DNA of 53,166 nucleotides, the filler included, from an uncultured virus (IMG/VR IMGVR_UViG_2124908030_000004) (taxonomy: Duplodnaviria; Heunggongvirae; Uroviricota; Caudoviricetes; Thumleimavirales; Hafunaviridae). It is 9 parts of one record of this genome, joined end to end, with 100 filler letters (N's around TTAATTAATTAA, not from the genome) between each part and the next. Parts side by side here need not be neighbours in the genome. Positions count along the whole stretch, not along the records: positions 19,103 to 30,984 come from IMGVR_UViG_2124908030_000004; 8 more parts are not named here. One strand, 5' to 3'. Positions 19,104-26,887 of the stretch are shown one piece after another (within the stretch, counting starts at the first letter, position 1; every line of letters starts with the position of its first letter). The notes under the pieces were generated by a model, which was not told the origin of the DNA, ran no database searches, and saw only the letters and a list, made by a program, of their open reading frames with translations. Made by a program: the position numbers and the translations under genes.

Positions 19104-21296
19104 AGCATTGAGGCGGTAGAGGCAGAGGCACCACCTCGTGTCCTCACGTTCGACATAGAGACGGACGACCGGGGCGAAGGCTTTCCCGACTACGGCGAAG
19201 CACGAATCCTCTCAGTGGTCGCTCACGACTCCTACACGGAGGAGTATATCGGCTTCATTGACATGGAGAATCAGGGCCTCGGTGCCCGCTTCCCCGACGC
19301 CGACCTCAATGAAGTTGAACACCCGGCTGACCTCGGCCTTGACAAACTGGACAAGTTGAAATGGACTTCCGACGAGAAAGGTATGCTCGAGGAGTTCCGC
19401 GACTACGTGGTTGACAAGGACTTCGATCTGGTCTGTGGTTGGAATTCCAACGGCTTCGACACGCCGTTCATGATTGAGCGGATGGACGCTCGCGGTGTCA
19501 ACAGCGACCGAATGGCCCGTGGCAAGGGTGGTTCCTACCTTGATTGGCGTGGCAACCCCGTGATTCAGGGCCGGTCTTGCTACGACCTGATGAAAGCGTG
19601 GGAAGATACCAAGTTCACCAAGGTCAGTACGGCGCTTGACAACGCAGCGGCGATGGAACTTGACGACGCAAAACTCGAGCATTCTGACCTCGGATTCTAT
19701 GAGCTGTATGAAGCAGATACAGCCCGGTTTCTCAACTACAACACGCAGGACACACACCTCACAGTCGGTGTGAACGAGTCGGCCAATGCACTTGGCTTCA
19801 AGACCGCGCTCCGTGACACGATTGGTCTTGATTACGAGCAGACGACTCAGAATAACGAGTACATCGAGATGATGATTCGTCGGAAACTTCACGCAGAGCA
19901 GATGGTCGGCCCCACTGCTGACCCGCCCGACGACGACCCGATGTACGATGGTGCTTACGTGTTCGACGCTTTCAGTGGTGTCAAGCAGAACGTTGTTGGC
20001 ATTGACCTTGCTTCGCTGTATCCCAACACTCTCTGGATGCTCAATGCGTCTCCCGACACCAAGTTGGGGACGATTGGTGACGACTTCAAGCAGGAGTGGG
20101 TAGAGCGGATTCGCGCCGAAGGCTTCGGTGTCTCGGTGGCGTCAAACGATGTTGTGTTCTGCCTTGAGGAAGACGGCATCATGCGCGAACTGGTTGACGA
20201 CGCGCTCACTCTCAAGGAACACGCCGGAGAGATGAAGCAGGACTCCTCGCTCTCTGCTGACGAACAGGCAGAGTGGGCGGAAGAATACTCCGTCCGGAAG
20301 ACTATTGTTAACTCTATCTACGGAGTTATCGGATGGGTTCGCTTCTTCCTCTACGATATGGATATCGCAGCGGCAGTTACGCTCACTGGGCAGGAGGTTA
20401 TCAAAGAAACAGCCCGCCACGTCAACGAAGACACTGTGGCGGATGTGGCCTACGGGGATACGGATTCAAACTACATTGAGTTTCCTGACGGATACGACCA
20501 GCAGCGGTCGCTTGAGGAGGCTCAAGAGATATGCGAAACCCTCAATGTGTTGGTGTACCCCACCCTGTCCCGCGAGTTGGGAATGGAATACGACCTCGCT
20601 GACCACCACCTTCCGACTCGGTTTGAGATCGAACTCGAGATGTATGCTTCTGATAACTTCTTTATGAGCGGTCAAAAGAAATTTTATAGCTACAACTGTA
20701 CGTGGAAAGAAGGTATGGACTTTGACGCTCAAATCAAGGGCGGTGAGGGCAAGGTCAGTATCTCGGGGTACCCGTGCATCAAGTCCAACACGGCGGGCTT
20801 GACCAAGCAGGTACAGCGGGATACTCTGGAGGCAATCATCCGTGGTGAAGACGACGACGCCATTCGTAACATTGTCTATGAGGGTGCCAAGTCCATCTCT
20901 CCGAGCAATCCGGACTGGGATACCCTCGGCATCCCCGGCGGTCTTGGCAAGTCTCTTGACGAATATGCGTGGACTAACGGCAGCCCACAGGGTGCTTCTC
21001 CCCGTGCTGCATACTACGCCAACAAGCACATTTCCGATTGCAACTTCGGTGAGGGCGAGACAGTCAAGCGGGTCTATCTCAAGCGGACGGTGATTGACGA
21101 GGATTCGCTTGACGTGATTGGGTTCGACCGAGCCGCTCAGTTGGACCCCATTGAGGAGGAGTTGACCATCGACGTTGACCGGATGCAGGGTGCGCTGATT
21201 CGCAGCCCGATGGAGACGATTCTCAGTGCGGTTGACATTGACGTGGATGCAGCTATCAGTTCGCAAGAACAAAGCGGTCTATCAGCCTTCGCATGA
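19104..21296 (+). CDS. polB: family B DNA polymerase (N-terminus missing)
   Basis: ExoI FDIET, GWNSNGFD, DLASLYPN, KTIVNSIYG, YGDTDS. Confidence 0.97.
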   Translation, partial: SIEAVEAEAPPRVLTFDIETDDRGEGFPDYGEARILSVVAHDSYTEEYIGFIDMENQGLGARFPDADLNEVEHPADLGLDKLDKLKWTSDEKGMLEEFRDYVVDKDFDLVCGWNSNGFDTPFMIERMDARGVNSDRMARGKGGSYLDWRGNPVIQGRSCYDLMKAWEDTKFTKVSTALDNAAAMELDDAKLEHSDLGFYELYEADTARFLNYNTQDTHLTVGVNESANALGFKTALRDTIGLDYEQTTQNNEYIEMMIRRKLHAEQMVGPTADPPDDDPMYDGAYVFDAFSGVKQNVVGIDLASLYPNTLWMLNASPDTKLGTIGDDFKQEWVERIRAEGFGVSVASNDVVFCLEEDGIMRELVDDALTLKEHAGEMKQDSSLSADEQAEWAEEYSVRKTIVNSIYGVIGWVRFFLYDMDIAAAVTLTGQEVIKETARHVNEDTVADVAYGDTDSNYIEFPDGYDQQRSLEEAQEICETLNVLVYPTLSRELGMEYDLADHHLPTRFEIELEMYASDNFFMSGQKKFYSYNCTWKEGMDFDAQIKGGEGKVSISGYPCIKSNTAGLTKQVQRDTLEAIIRGEDDDAIRNIVYEGAKSISPSNPDWDTLGIPGGLGKSLDEYAWTNGSPQGASPRAAYYANKHISDCNFGEGETVKRVYLKRTVIDEDSLDVIGFDRAAQLDPIEEELTIDVDRMQGALIRSPMETILSAVDIDVDAAISSQEQSGLSAFA

Positions 21297-21562
21297 ACAT
21301 AGAAGACCTAATCTTTCCGAACCACACGGACGTACAGAGCATCAATGAAGTAACCCTCTCCGATGAAACCCCGCCGGGAGCCACGCAGCCGGTGGTTGGT
21401 GACACTTGGAATGAGAATTACGAGGGCGACAAGTACGGCTGTCCGGAGTGTGACTCTGAGTTTCAGGTATTCTACTCTGCGAAATACTGCCCGGTGTGCA
21501 AACACGAGGTCAAGGGCCGGACAACCAACACCGGACAGTCGGGATTCGGTCAGTTCATGTAA
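21293..21562 (+). CDS. zinc-finger protein
   Basis: CPEC and CPVC motifs. Confidence 0.65.
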   Translation: MNIEDLIFPNHTDVQSINEVTLSDETPPGATQPVVGDTWNENYEGDKYGCPECDSEFQVFYSAKYCPVCKHEVKGRTTNTGQSGFGQFM

Positions 21563-21571
21563 GACTTAATC

Positions 21572-21610
21572 CGGTATCTTTAAGTCCTTGGACGTTGTTT
21601 AATAGAGTAG
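21572..21610 (+). promoter_or_regulatory. conserved viral promoter, class A
   Basis: CGGTATC-TTTAAG-TCCTTGGACGTTGTTTAATAGAGTAG. Confidence 0.8.
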
Positions 21611-21641
21611 GGAGGTTGCGGGGAGATTCTTAGGAGACACC

Positions 21642-21989
21642 ATGACAGAGCCAATGACATTCTACGTTGCTGGACCGCTTTCGGATAACGACCCACAGAT
21701 TATGGAGCAGAATATCAACACTGCAAAAGAAGTTGGGTTGGACTTGTTTCAGTTGGGACACTTCCCGTTCATCCCACATCTGACCCACTACGCTGACCTG
21801 TGGGCAGAAGCACACAACTACGGAATGGGATATGAAGACTACATGGATTGGGACATTCACTTCCTCAAGTTGTGTGAGGGGTTCCTATTCATTGACTCGT
21901 CGCCGGGAGCAGATCGTGAACGAGCAATAGCTGAGGAGCTTGGACTGGAAATCTACGAAGACGTAAACGACGTTCCGGCTGCTCTGTAG
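21642..21989 (+). CDS. nucleoside 2-deoxyribosyltransferase-like protein
   Basis: FYVAGPL...PFIPH...D...L..CE...SPGADRERAIAEELG. Confidence 0.7.
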   Translation: MTEPMTFYVAGPLSDNDPQIMEQNINTAKEVGLDLFQLGHFPFIPHLTHYADLWAEAHNYGMGYEDYMDWDIHFLKLCEGFLFIDSSPGADRERAIAEELGLEIYEDVNDVPAAL

Positions 21990-22010
21990 GTTCGACTCCT
22001 ACCGTCTTTT
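21957..22010 (+). ncRNA. tRNA-like mini-element overlapping a CDS end
   Basis: GAAGACG/CGTCTTT 7-bp stem followed by TA, plus GTAGG-TTCGACT-CCTAC T-arm. Confidence 0.55.
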
Positions 22011-22044
22011 TGTCCCGACTCACGGGGACACCTTGCGGTGCTGT

Positions 22045-22117
22045 GCTGTGGTAGCTCAGTTCGTAGAGCATCTGGCTGTTACCCAGAAAGTCGCAGGTGC
22101 AAGTCCTGCCCACGGCG
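22045..22117 (+). tRNA. tRNA-Asn(GTT)
   Basis: Cloverleaf: GCTGTGG/CCACGGC; GCTC/GAGC; TCTGG-CTGTTAC-CCAGA; GCAGG-TGCAAGT-CCTGC. Confidence 0.9.
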
Positions 22118-22237
22118 TTTGCGGGCACCCTGTCCCGCTGTCACCAATAAGGGATGATTGGTTGTGTGACAAGCGCCAATCGACGCCGAGTGACACGCCT
22201 CGATAGAGGTAGGAAACGGTGGCGTCTCACAAATCTC

Positions 22238-22309
22238 ACGAAGGTAGGGTAGTGGCCTAACCTTGCTCCTGTGATGGAGTAGCCTCGGGTTCAAATCCCG
22301 GCCTTCGTA
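22238..22309 (+). tRNA. tRNA-like gene with non-canonical 6-nt anticodon loop
   Basis: ACGAAGG/CCTTCGT; GGGT/ACCT; GCTCC-TGTGAT-GGAGT; TCGGG-TTCAAAT-CCCGG. Confidence 0.75.
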
Positions 22310-22484
22310 TTCGTGGTAGTAATGGATAGAGTAGACAAACAGCGGTGCATCAGAATGTTGGACCGGCTTGCTAATGAAATTGCTGACGGAGAGGTTGAAG
22401 TTCGCTCAATGGAGCTGAACCGAGAGGTGGATGTAACGCCACTGATTGAACCGACCGGCTGGAAGACGCTCGAGATCACATACA

Positions 22485-23161
22485 ATGAAGATTGAGCTAA
22501 AGCAGAACAAGAGTACCAGCGAGCCAGATGATGCTGCAATCATGGCGGCGCGGGGGGACTACATGAGTGAATCTCTTGTAGAAACAGCATTGAGGAGGCT
22601 ATGCAGGACACCGAAAAGAGCCGGCAGGAACTTATCGCAGGACTGCTCCGGTCGGGTCACTTCGGTCCCTTCGAACATCCCAAGGCGTACTTCGCTGTTG
22701 AAGATATCAGCCGGGTGGCAATGGCTCAGGTGACTCGGCACCGTCACATGAGTTTCGACGTGCAGAGTCAGCGGTACGTGGACTTCTCCGATAAGACTCC
22801 GGTGGTCCCGCCGAAGATGGTGGAAAAGCGAATGAGTCGCCCCAACAGTCCTCGTGACTGGCGGGAGATGTTGGAGCGCCACTGGAAGCGTTCGGTCGAA
22901 CTATACGAAGAAGCAATCGAAGATGGCATCAAGAAAGAGGACGCCCGCTTTTTCCTCCCACAAGCCACTCCGGTCAACCTCACGTTCTCGGCCAACCCCC
23001 GGAGTCTCATGCATTTCTTTGACCTGCGAAAGAACATGAAAGCCCAGTGGGAAGCGCGGGAATTCGCCACTCAAGTCCTCAATGCAGCGGAACAGTGGGC
23101 ACCGCTCACCTTCGAAGCATACGAAGAATTCACGAATAACAACAGCCTGCGAGCGCCATAA
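22485..23161 (+). CDS. thyX: FAD-dependent thymidylate synthase (frameshift near 22588)
   Basis: GHFGPFEH, RHRHMSFDVQSQRY, EDARFFLP, AQWEAR. Confidence 0.95.
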
Positions 23162-23320
23162 TGAAAACACAGAGCAAAAACCTATTTGATAGATTTCTTG
23201 ATTACAGCCCGTTCTTCTTCTTCTGGTTTCTGTTCTCTTTGTCTCTATATTCATGAGTGCATTTTTTCAACTTCTGGCTATCTTCGGAATTTGTTTTGTC
23301 CTTATGTACTTGGTAGTGCA

Positions 23321-23569
23321 ATGACTGACCGGGCCGGGCGGTTTCGGCTTTTCATGGCGACCTACGTGATGTATGTTGGTTCGCTTGGAGTGCTGCTCGC
23401 TTGGGTTGGCATAACGAATGCTTACTTGGCGGGCGACTGGAGGCTGGTTTTCGACTTCAACTACTTCGGAGAAGGTCCGCTTGAGTTGGTGGTGTTGACC
23501 CTTCTGGTGTCAATGCTTCCGTTCGCGTGGATGGCGTTCCATGAGATTCTTAAAACAAACAATGGCTGA
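23321..23569 (+). CDS. small two-TM membrane protein
   Basis: Two hydrophobic segments. Confidence 0.55.
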   Translation: MTDRAGRFRLFMATYVMYVGSLGVLLAWVGITNAYLAGDWRLVFDFNYFGEGPLELVVLTLLVSMLPFAWMAFHEILKTNNG

Positions 23570-23853
23570 AGCAAATCATTACTGTGCAAGCTGCGATACC
23601 CACTTTCGGGCTGACTTAGAGCAGCACGCAGAAATCTATCATGACGGCGGCGTGTTCAGAGGAATTGAACAGGGCAACTATCAAGACTACAAGCGGCTAC
23701 AGCAGCACCGAAAATGAAACTCACTGTTCTCCGAGAGAGTCAGTATTACGATGATGCGTTGTACGTAGAGATTCGAAGCGATACAGGTGAGACAAGGACA
23801 CTCAACATGATGAAAGACGAAGTAGTAAACGGCATTGAGGGAGGTCAGTTCGA

Positions 23854-24078
23854 ATGAATCACAACACGACTGACATTCGGACTGAGCGAGAAAAGAAATG
23901 CATAGAGTGGCTTGAGAGTCAAGAGGATTTCTGGATTGACCCCGGACTGGTCAAGCGAGAATTCCCCGATGTGGTTTTCGATCTCAGTCACATGGATAGC
24001 GGAATGGAGTCTGCTGGATACCCACTTCCGGTAACTTCGTTCAAAGAATCAATCCGTTACGGTCATGCTCGAGATTAA
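23854..24078 (+). CDS. hypothetical protein
   Basis: GGAGG upstream; coupled to dcd. Confidence 0.55.
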   Translation: MNHNTTDIRTEREKKCIEWLESQEDFWIDPGLVKREFPDVVFDLSHMDSGMESAGYPLPVTSFKESIRYGHARD

Positions 24079-24617
24079 TGACAGTTCTTGGCAAATCTGA
24101 ACTTGAAGACATTCCTGTCGGGCGACCTGATGGTGGTGAGACGGCGCTTGAACCCGCCTCAATGGACCTTCACCTCGGGCCGGTGATGAAGTACCCACAG
24201 ACAACGAACAGTGAGACAGTAGCCGTAGACGACCCGGCGACGTATCCCACGTATGGGACTGTGGAAAGTAAGAACCCGCTGGTTCGCTCTGGTAGTTTTG
24301 CCCTCGGAAGTTCCGACGAGAATATTGAGGTACCGAAAGACAAGATAGCCTATCTTCACGGTCGGTCTTCTGTGGGGCGTCTTGGTCTTTTCATTGAGAA
24401 CGCGGGACTCATTGACCCCGGCTTCACCGGAGAGGTCACGCTCGAGTTTACCAACGTGGTTGACTACGATATTGAGTTGGTGGCCGGAATGCGGATTGGA
24501 CAGCTCACGTTCCACGAAGTTTCCGACCCGCCCGACGTGGGCTACTCGGAGCAGAACGGAAACAAGTACGATGAACAGCAGGGGCCAACCCCCTCTCGAC
24601 TACACGAAGACTTCTAA
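24078..24617 (+). CDS. dcd: dCTP deaminase
   Basis: PASMDL, GRSSVGRLG, AGLIDPGFTGEVTLE, RIGQLTF, KYDEQQG. Confidence 0.93.
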   Translation: MTVLGKSELEDIPVGRPDGGETALEPASMDLHLGPVMKYPQTTNSETVAVDDPATYPTYGTVESKNPLVRSGSFALGSSDENIEVPKDKIAYLHGRSSVGRLGLFIENAGLIDPGFTGEVTLEFTNVVDYDIELVAGMRIGQLTFHEVSDPPDVGYSEQNGNKYDEQQGPTPSRLHEDF

Positions 24618-25146
24618 CTAATGTTCGGAATAGATATTCCCAATACCTACGAAACGTTTCAGCACGAGAATCTTCTCCTATTGACTAATCAGACTGCGCC
24701 AGAGGCTCACGCTTACTGGTCGTTTGTTGGACAGGACGTGATGCACTATGTGGCGACGGTCAACCCGTTGACTGATCAGCGACTTCACGTTGAAACGCCG
24801 CACGCTTCGGTTGCTGAAGAACAGATGCACCGACTTCTCCATGGCTAAGTACGACAGAGCATATATTGATTCGTTCTTGATTGGCTTCGGTGCCGGAATG
24901 ATGGACCTGCTCTGGTTTCTCACGACAGGTTCGCCAATTCCGGTGATTGTTGGTATAGTTCTTCTTCTTCTTGTTCTATTTGTTGTACCAGTTGTCTTGG
25001 TAGTTCTTCATATAGACGGTCCACTACCACTTCTCGGTCCCCATCAATAGACTTAATATATACAGTTAAATTACATTGAGGGGGTTTAGTTGTCTTCTTC
25101 TCCTCAATGAAGCAAAACAGATAGAGATAATATCAGGTAAGCCCCA

Positions 25147-25179
25147 CCCCTCGGCCCTAACAGGCCGGGGGGATTTTTT
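25147..25179 (+). terminator. hairpin + T-tract terminator
   Basis: CCCCTCGGCC/GGCCGGGGGG followed by ATTTTTT where the two strands converge. Confidence 0.65.
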
Positions 25180-25196
25180 GTCTTTCAGTCATCGAG

Positions 25197-25210
25197 CATT
25201 TGAACAGGTT
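25197..25210. repeat. 14-bp direct repeat, left copy (CATTTGAACAGGTT)
   Basis: Exact match to 26500-26513; overlaps the integrase stop codon. Confidence 0.85.
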
Positions 25211-26228
25211 ATTCTCGGTCGAAGTAGTCTTTCCGTTGCCCCATTTTGTCCATTGCAGTTCGTTTGTCGTAATGAGTGTCAATCACATCCATCGAAACAT
25301 CGGTTCGCTCACCGACCTGTGGTGCTGGTGTGTCCCGAGAACGCCAGTAGGTGATGCTTCCTTTCCGGATTGAGTGCGGTGGCTCAGATGATGGGCAGCC
25401 AACCGCGTCGTCGTAATTGTTCCATTCACATTCGTCAATAACCTTGTCGTGGGGACACTCGTTGCTGTAGTAGCACGGCTTCGTTATTTGATACAGTTTA
25501 TTCCGAATCGTTGTCCGGGCAATTCGACCGTGCGTAGTTGTGAACATTGGCTTTCGTCCGTTAGAATCTGTCACTGCAAGCCGGGAGTGGTTGATATAGT
25601 CGTCTACCACCTCGCAGGTTTTGTCATTCAGATAGATTGGCCGCTGTCCTTGCGCTTTGTTTTTGAGCGGTGTTTCTGTATCGGGTCGGTGAACCACCTC
25701 AATGAATTGCTCCTCGCTATTGTAATCCTCGAGGTCAAGGGTTCGAATCCCACCCATTCGAAGCCCAGCCCGAAACATGAGTCGGAACATGGCGTGGCGA
25801 CGGGTGGCGTAGTGGTACTTGTCAAGATAATCGAGTACCTTCAGTGCGCGTTCCGGTTTGATTTTGCGATCAGACACGTCCTCGTCTCGTTCCATATCTG
25901 GAACCCGGACTTTTTCATGCAGCCGGGGAACGACGGCGTTGAAATCCTCGGCCCATTTGATGAACACACGGAAGGTCGTCATTTGAGTGTGTAAACTAAC
26001 GTTATTCAGGTTTCCATCTTGCTTTCGCCAGAAGCGGTAGTCCTGCAATGCTCGTCCATTGAGGACGTTGATGTTCTCAATACCCTCCTGCTTGCACCAC
26101 CGGACAAAGTGGTTCAAGCGGTATTCGTGGGACTTGAGTGTGGCCTTGGAAACTTCGCTCTCGCGGTCGGAGAGGTATCGGTCAAGTGCTTCTTGCGGCG
26201 TTGTCTCGTAGAGTTCGTGGTCTGTCAT
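25209..26228 (-). CDS. tyrosine recombinase/integrase (haloarchaeal type)
   Basis: GLRMG (R), LKNK (K), HSIR (HxxR), HYD (Y); N-terminal SAM-like region; start at MTDHEL. Confidence 0.93.
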   Translation of the reverse strand: MTDHELYETTPQEALDRYLSDRESEVSKATLKSHEYRLNHFVRWCKQEGIENINVLNGRALQDYRFWRKQDGNLNNVSLHTQMTTFRVFIKWAEDFNAVVPRLHEKVRVPDMERDEDVSDRKIKPERALKVLDYLDKYHYATRRHAMFRLMFRAGLRMGGIRTLDLEDYNSEEQFIEVVHRPDTETPLKNKAQGQRPIYLNDKTCEVVDDYINHSRLAVTDSNGRKPMFTTTHGRIARTTIRNKLYQITKPCYYSNECPHDKVIDECEWNNYDDAVGCPSSEPPHSIRKGSITYWRSRDTPAPQVGERTDVSMDVIDTHYDKRTAMDKMGQRKDYFDRE

Positions 26229-26499
26229 TGTCGTGCGGTGGGTGCGGTGGGCCGAACGCGAAGCGTTCGGATGTGGGCCACCGGAAATTCCCAAGTGACT
26301 TACACGGACCATCACCGCCGACGCCTGAACGCCAGAGCTACCCGGAGTGAGATGGGCCAGATTGATACAGTGCTGGCGGCGCGAGCGTGCGAGCGCCGAG
26401 TCACCGTTCAAATCCGGTTTGGCCCATCCCTTTTCCTGTTGATACCAAATGACCATACGGGAGTGGCTTCCTTATAAATGATGCCTCCTCGCGGCAGGT

Positions 26500-26513
26500 C
26501 ATTTGAACAGGTT
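26500..26513. repeat. 14-bp direct repeat, right copy (CATTTGAACAGGTT)
   Basis: Exact match to 25197-25210. Confidence 0.85.
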
Positions 26514-26626
26514 TCCGGGCGATTCCAACGCAAACCCGCAGACGGCAGTGGTCCGTGTTCATTTAATTGTCACCCAACGATAATAAACATACGCATTTTA
26601 TCACCCCTCGCCCCGTTGAATAGAGT

Positions 26627-26791
26627 ATGGAGCTTAACCTTCGGCAATATGCATTCTTGAAGAACGAGATGGGTTCTATCAAAGACGACAGTAGCCGCCA
26701 TTCTGAAGACCGCCACCTTGCTGCTGAAATTATGGGGAAAGCCGAAGGAGAGATTGAGTGGGAGGAACAGATAGCTTACAACGGAGAGTAG
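26627..26791 (+). CDS. 54-aa hypothetical protein, probably leaderless
   Basis: ATG directly follows AATAGAGT, the 3' end of the promoter consensus; TTTTAT about 25 nt upstream. Confidence 0.5.
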   Translation: MELNLRQYAFLKNEMGSIKDDSSRHSEDRHLAAEIMGKAEGEIEWEEQIAYNGE

Positions 26792-26830
26792 GAATGCATT
26801 GAGGAGGTTAGAGAGTTGGATACAACGACG

Positions 26831-26863
26831 AAAAAACCCCACCGGGCCGAAGCCCAGTGGGGT
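26831..26863 (-). terminator. hairpin + T-tract terminator after RNR
   Basis: CCCCAC-C-GGGC/GCCC-A-GTGGGG with a TTCG loop and T6 on the minus strand. Confidence 0.7.
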
Positions 26864-26887
26864 AGCTAACAAAGTTCTTTACTTAGA

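Noticed and set aside
9912..19595. Other CTGATGA words (about 9912, 10770, 15504, 19587) as further hammerheads
   Set aside because: They lie within coding sequence and I could not build the flanking stems and GAAA/UH geometry
19212..21272. Long antisense ORFs opposite polB (similarly opposite nrdJ, MCP and the PA14 gene)
   Set aside because: Shadow ORFs produced by codon bias of the real genes
26229..26456. 76-aa N-terminal extension of the integrase ORF
   Set aside because: Non-acidic sequence overlapping the att-like structure; ATG at 26228 is the more plausible start
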